Source: an uncultured Acidobacteriota bacterium (GTDB lineage Bacteria; Acidobacteriota; Thermoanaerobaculia; Multivoradales; SZUA-115). From it: a stretch of 64,000 nt of DNA. Made by a program: the position numbers and the translations under genes. Below are positions 10,646-22,963 of this stretch, piece by piece (positions within the stretch are counted from its first letter, which is position 1; each line of letters begins with the position of its first letter). A model generated the notes under the pieces. It searched no databases, was not told the origin of the DNA, and saw only the letters and a list, made by a program, of their open reading frames with translations. The stretch spans positions 352,001 through 416,000 of the forward strand of contig CAWDVR010000004.1 of the NCBI GenBank assembly GCA_963805975.1, read 5' to 3'.

Positions 10646-11392
10646 CTAGCCAACCCTCCCTACTCTCAGCACCAGCGGCCAGCGGATCGCCCGCACCGAC
10701 TCCGCCTTACCCCACTCTGCCTCCAGCTCGGAGCGGATGAGATCCAGCGGGTCCTCGCCGCGCTCCTTTTGGTAGCGCCGTGCCGCCGACCAGGTATCGA
10801 GGTAGCCGGTGAGGTCGGCGAGGGTCCACTCGACGCGCATCTCGAAGGGAGGGTTGGAAAGCTCCTCGAACGGGAAGGGCAGCGTCTCGTAGAGCTCGTC
10901 CACCCACTTGCGCTCGGGCGGCCAGTAGGGCCCGACGATCTCCTCGTGGTAGAGCCGGATCACGGCATCGATCCCGGGCGCCACCCTCAGCAGGTCGTAG
11001 ACCCACACCGCGAGCGACCCGCCCGGTGCCGCCACCCGGCGAACCTCGGCGTAGAAGGCGTCGAAGTCGAACCAGTGGAGGGCCTGCGCCACGGTGACGA
11101 GGTCGACCGTCCCGCTCTCGAGGCCGGAGCGCTCGGCTGGCGCCGTCCTGTAGCTGATGCCGGGATGGGCCTCGGCCTGGGCGATCTGGCGGGCGCTGGC
11201 GTCGGTGGCGATCACGCTCTCGAAGTGCTGGGCGAGCCCCAGGGCCGCCTGGCCGTTGCCGGTGGCGCAGTCCCAGGCGAGGCGCCGGCCGGGGACGATG
11301 GCGGCGAGGTAGGCGAAGAGCTCCACCGGGTAGCGCGGCCGGTGCAGCGCGTAGGCACCGGCGTGGCCGGAGAAGTGGTCCTTGAAGTTCAT
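10646..11392 (-). CDS. Class I SAM-dependent methyltransferase
   Basis: AWDCATGNGQA motif I, VDLVTVAQALHWFD. Confidence 0.9.
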   Translation of the reverse strand: MNFKDHFSGHAGAYALHRPRYPVELFAYLAAIVPGRRLAWDCATGNGQAALGLAQHFESVIATDASARQIAQAEAHPGISYRTAPAERSGLESGTVDLVTVAQALHWFDFDAFYAEVRRVAAPGGSLAVWVYDLLRVAPGIDAVIRLYHEEIVGPYWPPERKWVDELYETLPFPFEELSNPPFEMRVEWTLADLTGYLDTWSAARRYQKERGEDPLDLIRSELEAEWGKAESVRAIRWPLVLRVGRVG

Positions 11393-11475
11393 GCCTCAAG
11401 CTTACGCCCGGAACGAAACCGCCCATGGCCCGGGAGCGTAGGATGGGTAGCAGGCTGGGGCGGTAGCCCCCGGAG

Positions 11476-12483
11476 GTGGTGATGGCGGAGGAAGCGAGCT
11501 CTTCCAAGGGTTGTGCCAAGAAGGGATGCATCGGCTGCGGGGCGGTCTTCGCCGTGCTGGCGGTGATCCCCCTGGTTCTGCTGCTGGTGGGTCTGTTCAA
11601 CCGGTCCGGCGAGGCGAGGCCGGAGACCAAGGAGCTGACCAGGCCGCTGCCCGCCCTGCCGAGTGCCTCTCCCCCCGCATCGCCCGGCTCTCCCGGGTCC
11701 GACACGCCCGTCGCTCCTCTGCCCGGCGCTCTCGAGTCCAGCGAGCTCGGCACCAGCCTGGGGGCCGGCGAGCCGGTCCGCCTGGTGCTCAGTCTCTCCA
11801 AAGGCTTCTTCGTCGTCGAGCCGGGGCCGGCCGGCGAGCCGCTCCGCGTCCAGGCCGACTACGATGCCGCGCGCTATGAGCTCGAAGAGCACTACGACGA
11901 AGCTGACCGCCGCTACGAGATCCGTTTCGACGCGCGTCACGGCTGGGTGAGCCTGATCGGCTCTTCCGACAACAGCAACCGGGTACGGGTGACCGTGCCG
12001 CGCGGCTACCCGCTGTCGATCGAGGGCAAGATCGCGATGGGTGAGTCCCACGTCGAGCTGGGGGGGCTGAGCCTCGGCGAGGTCAATCTCACGCTCGGCA
12101 TGGGAGACCACAGCCTCTCCTTCAGCGAACCGACCGCGGCGCCTCTGGAGCGCCTGGAGATCGACGGCTCGATGGGCGAGCTGGATCTCGACGACATCGG
12201 TAACGCCAGCCCGCGGCTCGTGCGCTTCGCCCACTCGATGGGCGACCTCAGCGCCGACCTCGCCGGCGCCTGGCTGCGTGACGCCGAGATCGACGTCCGG
12301 TGCGGCATGGGCCAGTGCACGCTGCACACTCCGGACAACGTGGCGGTGCGCATCGAGCGGGCGTCGGTCGGCTTGGGCGAGAGCACCACCCGCGGTGCCG
12401 ACCGCGAGCGCGAGCTTCCGGCCGGCGCCCCCACGCTCACCATTCGGGCGACCGGCACGATGGGCCAGCTCGTCATCGACTGA
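11476..12483 (+). CDS. Membrane-anchored hypothetical protein with beta-solenoid-like repeats (LiaF/DUF2154-like)
   Basis: KKGCIGCG followed by a TM helix; repeated (G/S)MG(E/D/Q) motifs. Confidence 0.6.
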   Translation: MVMAEEASSSKGCAKKGCIGCGAVFAVLAVIPLVLLLVGLFNRSGEARPETKELTRPLPALPSASPPASPGSPGSDTPVAPLPGALESSELGTSLGAGEPVRLVLSLSKGFFVVEPGPAGEPLRVQADYDAARYELEEHYDEADRRYEIRFDARHGWVSLIGSSDNSNRVRVTVPRGYPLSIEGKIAMGESHVELGGLSLGEVNLTLGMGDHSLSFSEPTAAPLERLEIDGSMGELDLDDIGNASPRLVRFAHSMGDLSADLAGAWLRDAEIDVRCGMGQCTLHTPDNVAVRIERASVGLGESTTRGADRERELPAGAPTLTIRATGTMGQLVID

Positions 12484-12511
12484 GAAGCCGGCTCGCGCCG
12501 GTTTCTCGGTC
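12478..12511. terminator. Hairpin between convergent genes
   Basis: gagaagccggc-tcgc-gccggtttctc inverted repeat. Confidence 0.5.
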
Positions 12512-12803
12512 ACTCCACCTGGAGCTCGACGCCGCCCACCAAGCCGGCCGCGAGGTTGTAGAGCGCGCTCCCCAGCAGGCCGGCGATCAAACCGATCGTG
12601 CCGTAGAAGAGCGGCATCACGATGATCGCACCTATGCCGAAGATCAGTCCCAGGACGGCGTTCTCCTCGCCGGCCGCCATGCCGATCGCCGAGCCGAGCA
12701 GCGTGAACAGGGTGAAGACCCCGCCAATGAGCAGGCCCAGCCCGGCGTAGATCACGGCCAGCAGCTTTCCACACGACAACACGCCAATCCGCTTCAGGGT
12801 CAT
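12510..12803 (-). CDS. Small two-TM membrane protein (DUF3566-like)
   Basis: KRIGVLSCGKLL...LYNLAAGLVGGVELQVE pattern. Confidence 0.7.
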   Translation of the reverse strand: MTLKRIGVLSCGKLLAVIYAGLGLLIGGVFTLFTLLGSAIGMAAGEENAVLGLIFGIGAIIVMPLFYGTIGLIAGLLGSALYNLAAGLVGGVELQVE

Positions 12804-12999
12804 GGCAAGGCTCCTTTCCAGACGCGCTCTCCGGGCGCACCTCGGGGAGACGAGCGTCCGGCCGATTCGAGTTGTCCCGAAGATCTCGGGTGAGGGTACT
12901 ACGACCCGAGAGGAGTGAGCATTCCCGCCGGCCGCAGCCTGGCTCGACAGCCGCTGAGAGCCTCTGCTAGGGTCGGCGCCTTACAGAAAAGGAGCTTTC

Positions 13000-13731
13000 A
13001 TGCGGTCCCCACGTCTTTTCTCGGCCTTGTTCCTCTTCCTGGCGCTCTCGGCCTGCGCCAACAAGGCCTCTTCTCAAGCCCCCGTGGTTCTCGAGACCGA
13101 GGACCAGAAGACCCTCTACGCCCTCGGGCTGGCGCTCGCTCAGAACGCTCTCGGCCAGTTCGATCTCACCGAGGCCGAGCTGGCGACGGTGCAGGCGGGC
13201 CTGGCCGACGGCGTCCTCAAGCGCACGGCCAAGGTGGACCTCCAGACCTACGGCCCCAAGCTCGGCCCCCTGGCCCAGGCGCGGGCCACCGCTCTCGCCG
13301 AGAAGGAGAAGGCCGCCTCGACCGAGTTCCTGACCCAGGAGGCGGGCAAGTCCGGCGCCGTGAAGGCCGATTCCGGCCTGATCTACACCGAGATCACCGC
13401 CGGTACCGGCGAGAACCCGAAGCCGACCGACAATGTGACCGTCCACTACAAGGGCACGCTGCGCGACGGCACGGTGTTCGACAGCTCGATCGACCGCGGC
13501 CAGCCGGCCACCTTCCGGCTCGACCAGGTGATCGCCTGCTGGACCGAGGGCGTGCAGAAGATCAAGGTCGGCGGCAAGGCGCGGCTCGTCTGCCCGGCCG
13601 CCATCGCCTACGGCGACCGTGGCCGTCCGCCCCAGATCCCCGGCGGCGCCACCCTGATCTTCGAGGTGGAGTTGCTCAAGGCAGAGGCCACCCCGGCACC
13701 GGCCGCACCCCCCACGCCTCCGCAGCAGTAG
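13000..13731 (+). CDS. fkpA: FKBP-type peptidyl-prolyl isomerase lipoprotein (FkpA/Mip-like)
   Basis: VTVHYKGTLRDGTVFDSS, AYGDRG, IPGGATLIFEVELL; lipobox LSAC; AAGGAG SD. Confidence 0.9.
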   Translation: MRSPRLFSALFLFLALSACANKASSQAPVVLETEDQKTLYALGLALAQNALGQFDLTEAELATVQAGLADGVLKRTAKVDLQTYGPKLGPLAQARATALAEKEKAASTEFLTQEAGKSGAVKADSGLIYTEITAGTGENPKPTDNVTVHYKGTLRDGTVFDSSIDRGQPATFRLDQVIACWTEGVQKIKVGGKARLVCPAAIAYGDRGRPPQIPGGATLIFEVELLKAEATPAPAAPPTPPQQ

Positions 13732-13748
13732 CTCTCCCGCTGTCTTCT

Positions 13749-13776
13749 CATTGGCCCGGCGCAAGCCGGGCCAATG
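13749..13776. terminator. Perfect 12-bp stem with GCAA loop between convergent fkpA and sufU
   Basis: cattggcccggc GCAA gccgggccaatg. Confidence 0.65.
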
Positions 13777-13820
13777 CGTCTTCGCCGCGGTCGCGTGGCC
13801 TACCGACGAACTGCTCGACC

Positions 13821-14276
13821 CTACTCCGTGCTCACCGGCTTCGGCACGTTCTGGAGCGCGGCCTGGAGGGTGTGCCAGGCGAGGGTGGCGCATTTGACGC
13901 GCACCGGGTACTCGCGGACGCCGGAGAAGGCGGCGAGCTTGCCCAGGGACGGAGGCGGCTCGGCGACGAGGGAGGGGTCGCCGGTCAGAAGCTGGTGGAA
14001 CTCGTGGAACAGCGCATCGACCTCGGGCAGGGTCTTGCCCTTGATCGCCTCGGTCATCAGCGAGGCCGAGGCCGTGGAGATGGCGCAGCCGGCGCCCTGG
14101 AAGGAAAGGTCCTTCACCCGGCCCTCCTCGACCTCGAGGAAGACGGTGACCTTGTCGCCGCAGAGTGGGTTGTCGCCCCGTGCGCTACGGTTGGCCGACG
14201 CGAGCGGCCCGAAGTTCCGGGGCCGCCGGTTGTGGTCGAGGATGATGTCCTGGTAGAGCGCGGTGAGATCGTTCAT
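13821..14276 (-). CDS. sufU: SUF system NifU-family protein SufU
   Basis: MNDLTALYQDIILDH, NPLCGD, GCAISTASAS, RVKCATLAWH; ATG 14276 overlaps sufS stop. Confidence 0.92.
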   Translation of the reverse strand: MNDLTALYQDIILDHNRRPRNFGPLASANRSARGDNPLCGDKVTVFLEVEEGRVKDLSFQGAGCAISTASASLMTEAIKGKTLPEVDALFHEFHQLLTGDPSLVAEPPPSLGKLAAFSGVREYPVRVKCATLAWHTLQAALQNVPKPVSTE

Positions 14277-15550
14277 CGGCCGAACATCTCCCGCACCCGA
14301 GCGAGCCCTGCCGCCAGCGCGTCCACCTCGGCGAGGGTGTTGTAGAAGGCGAAAGAGGCCCGCACCGTGGCCGGCACGCCGAGGCGCTCCATGAGCGGCT
14401 GGGCGCAGTGGTGTCCGGCGCGCACGGCGACGCCCTCGTGGTCGAGGATGGTGCCGATATCGTGGGGATGGACGCCGTCCATCACGAAGGACACGACGCT
14501 CGCCTTGTCCGCCGCGGTGCCGAGGATCGTCAGGCCGGGTATCTCCTGCAGCCGCTCGGTGGCCCGCGCGAGGAGCGCGCTCTCGTGCGCCGCCGCCGCG
14601 TCCCTGCCCACGCCGTCGAAGTAGGCGAGCGCCGCGCCCAGGCCGATGGCGCCGGCGATGTCCGGCGTGCCGGCCTCGAAGCGGGCCGGCGGGTCGGCGT
14701 AGGTGGTGCCGTTGAAGCTCACGGTGCGGATCATGCTGCCGCCGCCCTGGTAGGGCGGCATGGCGGCGAGCAGCTCGCGCCGGCCGTAGAGCGCGCCGAT
14801 GCCGGTGGGGCCGAACACCTTGTGGCCGGAGAAGCAGTAGAAATCGCAGCCCAGGGCTTGGACGTCGACGGGGAGGTGCGGCACACCCTGCGCGCCGTCG
14901 ACCGCGACCGGCACGCCGAGCGAGTGGGCGAGGGCGGTCATCTCCGCCACCGGGTTCACCGTGCCGAGAGCGTTCGAGACGTGGGCGAACGCGGCCAGCG
15001 CCACGCCGTCCGCGAGCAGCCGTGCATATTCCTCGAGCACCACCTGCCCGCGGTCGTCGATCGGCGCCACCAGGAGGCGCCCGCCCACCTCTTCGAGCAG
15101 GAGCTGCCAGGGCACGATGTTCGAGTGGTGCTCGAGAGCGGTGACCAGGATCGCGTCGCCGTGGCTGCCGGAGCGCAGCCGCTCCTTGGCAAAGGTCTGT
15201 GCCACCAAGTTCACGGCCTCGGTGGTGCCGCGCACGAAGACGATCTCCTCGTCCGCGGCGGCATTGAGGAATCGCCGTACCGTGCCTCGCGACGCTTCGT
15301 ACGAGGCAGAGGCTTTGGCGGCCAGCCGGTAGACGCCGCGGTGGACGTTCGAGCACTCCTCGAGATAGTGATGCTCGAGGGCATCGAGCACCGCGCGCGG
15401 TTTCTGGGTGGTGGCGGTGTTGTCCAGGTAGACGAGCGGCCGGCCACCGGGAGACTGCGCGAGCGCCGGGAAGTCGAGGCGCACGCGCTCGACGTCGAAC
15501 GGCTCGACCCGCGGCTCGGCTACGTCCAGGACAGGCGTCACGGCGGTCAT
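14273..15550 (-). CDS. sufS: Cysteine desulfurase SufS
   Basis: YLDNTATTQKP, FSGHK (PLP Lys), RAGHHCAQP. Confidence 0.95.
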   Translation of the reverse strand: MTAVTPVLDVAEPRVEPFDVERVRLDFPALAQSPGGRPLVYLDNTATTQKPRAVLDALEHHYLEECSNVHRGVYRLAAKASASYEASRGTVRRFLNAAADEEIVFVRGTTEAVNLVAQTFAKERLRSGSHGDAILVTALEHHSNIVPWQLLLEEVGGRLLVAPIDDRGQVVLEEYARLLADGVALAAFAHVSNALGTVNPVAEMTALAHSLGVPVAVDGAQGVPHLPVDVQALGCDFYCFSGHKVFGPTGIGALYGRRELLAAMPPYQGGGSMIRTVSFNGTTYADPPARFEAGTPDIAGAIGLGAALAYFDGVGRDAAAAHESALLARATERLQEIPGLTILGTAADKASVVSFVMDGVHPHDIGTILDHEGVAVRAGHHCAQPLMERLGVPATVRASFAFYNTLAEVDALAAGLARVREMFGR

Positions 15551-15561
15551 GGCACCGCTCC

Positions 15562-17660
<2,099 letters not shown>

Positions 17661-17708
17661 CACTCTCTATCTCTCAGAAAATAGTAGGTCGCGTAGTGTT
17701 CCCCCCAT

Positions 17709-17772
17709 CCAGATCCTTCGCTGCGCTCAGGATGACAAGGACATGTCATCCTGAGCGCAGCGAAGGATCTGG
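17709..17772. repeat. REP/REPIN-like perfect inverted repeat (family A; 29-bp arms, 6-nt loop) inside the suf operon
   Basis: ccagatccttcgctgcgctcaggatgaca AGGACA tgtcatcctgagcgcagcgaaggatctgg; the same 29-mer recurs at 59638-59666. Confidence 0.9.
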
Positions 17773-17791
17773 GCGGAGGTTCGGGCACGTT

Positions 17792-19246
<1,455 letters not shown>

Positions 19247-19305
19247 GGTGTCTTACCTCGATTCGATAGGCTGGCGAAGTCTCGCGCCCGGTGGCGCCGG
19301 GTCGG

Positions 19306-19761
19306 TCAGCTCGCGGCGCGGTGGCTGCCCAGGGTGACGAGCTGCGCCGGGCCGGCGGAGAACCCCATCTCGGCGAGAGTGATCCCCGCGAGAGCCTCCG
19401 AGATGGCGCGGTTGATGCGCCGCCAGTTGCTCGACACCGGGCAGAACGGCTCGGTGCTGCACAGGCCCGGCGCCAGGTCGCTGCACTCGGTGAGGGCGAT
19501 CGGCCCCTCCAGCGCTTCGAGGATCTCGGCCACCGAGATCTCCTCGGCCGGCCGTGCCAGGCCGTAGCCACCGTGCACGCCGCGGTGCGACTCCAGGAGC
19601 CGGGCGCGAGTCAGCCGCTTCAGGATCTTGCTCACCATGGGCAGCGGCAGCCGCGCCTCGGCCGCCAGCTCCGGGGCGGCGAAGGGCCGTTCCGGGTGGG
19701 CGGCAAGCTGGCTCATGAGCACGATGCCGTAGTCTGTGAGCTTGGTGATGCGGATCATCAA
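19306..19761 (-). CDS. Rrf2-family SUF system regulator
   Basis: ITKLTDYG, SHRGVHGGYGLAR, three-Cys motif C-x7-C-x5-C; heads the suf operon. Confidence 0.9.
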   Translation of the reverse strand: MMIRITKLTDYGIVLMSQLAAHPERPFAAPELAAEARLPLPMVSKILKRLTRARLLESHRGVHGGYGLARPAEEISVAEILEALEGPIALTECSDLAPGLCSTEPFCPVSSNWRRINRAISEALAGITLAEMGFSAGPAQLVTLGSHRAAS

Positions 19762-19780
19762 TCGCCTCTTCGGACCGCAA

Positions 19781-19810
19781 ATCGTACCAGCTTGGTACGG
19801 ATTGGGTCAA
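19781..19810 (-). promoter_or_regulatory. Sigma70-type promoter of the suf operon with overlapping palindrome (candidate Rrf2 operator)
   Basis: TTGACC-18 nt-TACGAT on the minus strand; palindrome CGTACCA-gct-TGGTACG at 19783-19799. Confidence 0.65.
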
Positions 19811-19816
19811 ACGTAA

Positions 19817-19842
19817 GAGGGGAGGGGGGCTAGGGTGAGGGG
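19817..19842. repeat. Repeat family C remnant (CCCTCACCCTAGCCC...) overlapping the stop of the AI-2E gene
   Basis: gggctagggtgagggg matches copies at 34754 and 54656. Confidence 0.6.
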
Positions 19843-20894
19843 CTCAGGGGCGCCGGGACCGGGCTGGCGGCCTTGGGCGCGTGCTCCATCAGCTTGCCGA
19901 GCCAGGTGAGGTGGGGGGAGTTCTCGAGCACGATCTTGATCACCATGGTGAGCGGCACGGCCAGGAGCGCGCCGACGATCCCCCACACGAACCCCCAGAA
20001 CAGCAGCGAGAGCAGCACGGTCAGGGGCGACAGCCCGAGCTGGTGGCCCATGAGCTGGGGCTCCACCAGGTTGCCGATGATGAAGTGCGCCACCAGGTAG
20101 GCGGCCGCCGCGCCCAGGGCCCCCAGCGGGCCGATCTGCACCAGCGCCAGGAGCACCGGCGGGATGGCCGAGATGAAGGCCCCGAGGTTGGGGATGTAGT
20201 TGAGGAGGCCGGCCGTCACTCCCCAGAAAAGCGGCATGTCCACCCCCTGGATCCACAGCCAGACACCGATGAAGAGGCCGGTGGCAGCGCTCACCACGGT
20301 CTTGAGGAAGAGGTAGTGCTGGATCTCGCGGTAGGCCCGCTTCAGGCGGTCGTGCACCGCCACGCTGCCCACCGCCACCCCGAGCTTCCGGGGGAACTCG
20401 AGCGCCTCGACGAGGATGAAAACGGTGATCAGCAGCACCAGCACGCCCTCGGACAGGAGGGTCGCGAGCCCGCTCACCAGCCCCGAGAACAGGCTAAAGA
20501 GCCGTTCCAGGTTGAACAGCTTGTCTACCTCCAGGCCCTCGGCCCGCGCGCGCTCCAGCCACGGCCGGGCCAGCTCTTCGAGCCGGGCCTGGTAGGTGGG
20601 CGCGAGCTCCGTGATGCGGTCGACGGAGGTGGCCACGAAGGCTCCGAAGCCGAAGACCAGGAGCGCCAGCCCGAGGAGGATCAAGAGGATGGCGAGCCAG
20701 CCCGGCACTCCCCGGCGCCGCAGCCAGGCGAGGGCCGGCAGGGCCGGCACGGCGAGGAAGAAGCCGAGCAGCACCGGCACGAACACCGAGGCCGCGGCCT
20801 TGAGGCCGGCGACGATGATGACCAGCGCCGCCGCCGCGATCACCGGGCGGGGCGCCGAGGAAGCGGCCTCTGAGGACATGACGCCAAGGATCAT
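19830..20894 (-). CDS. AI-2E family transporter
   Basis: Multiple TM helices, LLNYIPNLG, IGNLVEPQLMG, GLSPL, GALLAVPLT; start may be ATG 20879. Confidence 0.9.
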   Translation of the reverse strand: MILGVMSSEAASSAPRPVIAAAALVIIVAGLKAAASVFVPVLLGFFLAVPALPALAWLRRRGVPGWLAILLILLGLALLVFGFGAFVATSVDRITELAPTYQARLEELARPWLERARAEGLEVDKLFNLERLFSLFSGLVSGLATLLSEGVLVLLITVFILVEALEFPRKLGVAVGSVAVHDRLKRAYREIQHYLFLKTVVSAATGLFIGVWLWIQGVDMPLFWGVTAGLLNYIPNLGAFISAIPPVLLALVQIGPLGALGAAAAYLVAHFIIGNLVEPQLMGHQLGLSPLTVLLSLLFWGFVWGIVGALLAVPLTMVIKIVLENSPHLTWLGKLMEHAPKAASPVPAPLSPSP

Positions 20895-20962
20895 AGCGCC
20901 GGGCGTCGAGGCAGGGCTAGACTTCCCGTTGCCCCCGGACCTCCCCTTGCAAGGAGTCGCTC

Positions 20963-21532
20963 ATGATTCGATGGCTCTCGCCACTTCCACTCGTCGCCCT
21001 GGCGCTGGCAGCGCCGGTGATCGCCGCCGCCCAGAAGCCCGGCGAGGAATGGCAGAAGCCCAAGGACGTTTGGCAGCAGCCCAAGGAGATCCAGCAGCCG
21101 AAGGGCCCTTGGCTCACTCCCAAAGAGCTGCAGAAGATCGAGGAGGCCTGCCGCACCCGCCTGGTGGTGGCGGCCGACGCGCTCTTCGCCTTCGACAAGG
21201 CCGACTTGAGCCCCGACGCGGAAAAGGCCCTCCTCTCCCTGGGCGACGAGCTTCGGGCGCTCCCGGCGGCCAAGCTCTCGATCGAAGGCCACACGGACGC
21301 GGTAGGCGACGAGGCCTACAACCAGCGGCTCTCCGAGCGCCGGGCACGCGCAGTGCGCGACGCCCTCGCCCGCCAGGGCCTCGCCCAAGCGGCCACGCCC
21401 ATCGTGGGCTACGGCGAGTCCAACCCGGCGGCGCCCAACACCCATCCCGACGGCAGCGACGACCCCGAGGGCCGCGCCAAGAACCGCCGCGTGGAGCTGG
21501 TGTTCGCCACTTGCGACAAGGCGGACGGGTGA
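20963..21532 (+). CDS. OmpA-family peptidoglycan-binding protein
   Basis: LFAFDKA, IEGHTD, NQRLSERRA, GRAKNRRVE; AAGGAG SD; signal peptide. Confidence 0.9.
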   Translation: MIRWLSPLPLVALALAAPVIAAAQKPGEEWQKPKDVWQQPKEIQQPKGPWLTPKELQKIEEACRTRLVVAADALFAFDKADLSPDAEKALLSLGDELRALPAAKLSIEGHTDAVGDEAYNQRLSERRARAVRDALARQGLAQAATPIVGYGESNPAAPNTHPDGSDDPEGRAKNRRVELVFATCDKADG

Positions 21533-21560
21533 TAGAGCTCAGTGGCTAGTTAGATCGCAT

Positions 21561-21924
21561 TCAGCGCATGGGCAGCGCCCGCACCCGGATCAAGGTTTCC
21601 GTGACGCTGACGAAGGCGCCGGCATCCAGGGCCTCGCGACACTGACTCAGCACCTTCTGAAGGTGGAGCAGAACTGACTCCGGCCGCATGTTCCGCAGGC
21701 GGAACAGGACGACGCTCGGTAGTCGCTCACCGCTGGCAGCGGTGAGCTCGGCGAAGTCCAGATCGTGAGTGATCAGACCCGATGCTCGATCTTTGCCTTC
21801 TGGAGGATCAGCGGATCTGGAGCCGGTCGTGGTTCTCGTCGTGAAGATGGGTGGAAGGGAAGCCGAGAGCAGAGAGGATCGGCACCAGGTCACGCGAGAT
21901 CCCCATGTCGAGAAGTAGCCGCAA
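21561..21924 (-). pseudogene. DUF5615 PIN-like toxin with two apparent -1 frameshifts
   Basis: From TTG 21924: MRLLLDMGISRDLV...HDRL/(P)DPLILQKAKIEHRV/(L)ITHDLDFAEL...LPSVVLFRLRNMRP; adding one C at each of two sites restores the family pattern. Confidence 0.75.
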
Positions 21925-21935
21925 GGGAGAATCGC

Positions 21936-22159
21936 CTAGATGGGAGTGATCAGGTTTTCTTCGGCAAGCCAGCCGCGTACTGGAGCGCTTGCTGCACGTC
22001 CTCGGCTTCCAGGTAGGGATAGGCCTGGAGGATCTCTGCCGTCGTCATTTCGTTGGCCACCAGATTCAGCACCAGCGCTACCGTCACCCGCATTCCGCGT
22101 ATACAGGCCTTACCACCCATGAGGTTGGGGTCGAAGGTGATGCGTTCGAAACCAAGCAT
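21936..22159 (-). CDS. DUF433-family antitoxin; C-terminus probably frameshifted
   Basis: RITFDPNLMGGKACIRGMRVTV, EILQAYPYLEAEDVQQALQYAA; adding one base gives a family-like WLAEENLITPI* ending at TAG 21936 (as sequenced it stops at 21950). Confidence 0.85.
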
Positions 22160-22221
22160 GATCAATCTCCGGTAGGGCGCGATCGAGCCCGAACCTGCAG
22201 GTATCAGCCTGCACAGTATAG

Positions 22222-22962
22222 CTACCTCTGCTCCTTCACCCGCGCATACCCCGACCGGCTGACCGGTAGCTTGGTGCCGTCCTGGAGAACTGCCACGCGG
22301 CTGTCTTTGGCGTAGAGCTCGAGGTGGGCGAGGCGGGCGAGGTTCAGGATGTAGGAGCGGTGGATGCGGGCGAAGCGCGCGGGGTCGAGCAGCTCCTCGA
22401 GCTCGCCCAGGCTCTGTTGCTTGCCGAGCTTCTTGGCGCCGATGCGGAAGACGGCGTAGTCGCCCTGCGCTTCGATGTAGTCGATCTTCTCGACCGGCAG
22501 CACGTGCACCTCGCCCTCGGAGCGCACCAGGATGCGGGAGAGCGGCGAACGCTCCTTCTGCACCGCGGAGGCGAGCTTCCCGAGCGCCGCCTGCGAGCCG
22601 GCGCCGCGGCGCGCGGTGGCGCGCGACAGGGCCTCGGCGAGCCGGTCGCGAGAGAACGGCTTGAGCAGGTAGTCCACCGCGCCCACCTCGAAGGCGCGCA
22701 CGGCGTACTCGTCGTAGGCGGTGGTGAACACCACGCCGACCTCACGGTCCAGGAGCTCCAGCGCCTCGAAGCCGTCGAGCCCCGGCATCTGGACGTCGAG
22801 CAGCAGAAGGTCCGGCGCCAGGCGGGCGACCGCCTCCACGGCCTCGAAGCCGTTGGCGCACTCGGCCACCACCTCGTAGCCCGCGAGCCCGGCGAGATAC
22901 TCGCGGAGCAGAGCGCGGGCCGGTGCCTCGTCGTCGACGATCACCACGGAGCAGGCGGCCAT
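22222..22962 (-). CDS. LytTR-family response regulator
   Basis: VDDE, LLDVQMP, DYLLKP receiver motifs; FARIHRSYI LytTR domain. Confidence 0.93.
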   Translation of the reverse strand: MAACSVVIVDDEAPARALLREYLAGLAGYEVVAECANGFEAVEAVARLAPDLLLLDVQMPGLDGFEALELLDREVGVVFTTAYDEYAVRAFEVGAVDYLLKPFSRDRLAEALSRATARRGAGSQAALGKLASAVQKERSPLSRILVRSEGEVHVLPVEKIDYIEAQGDYAVFRIGAKKLGKQQSLGELEELLDPARFARIHRSYILNLARLAHLELYAKDSRVAVLQDGTKLPVSRSGYARVKEQR

Positions 22963-22963
22963 C

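Noticed and set aside
12840-12990. Possible ncRNA or riboswitch upstream of fkpA (tctcgggt...acccgaga hairpin)
   Set aside because: A single hairpin without recognisable family motifs
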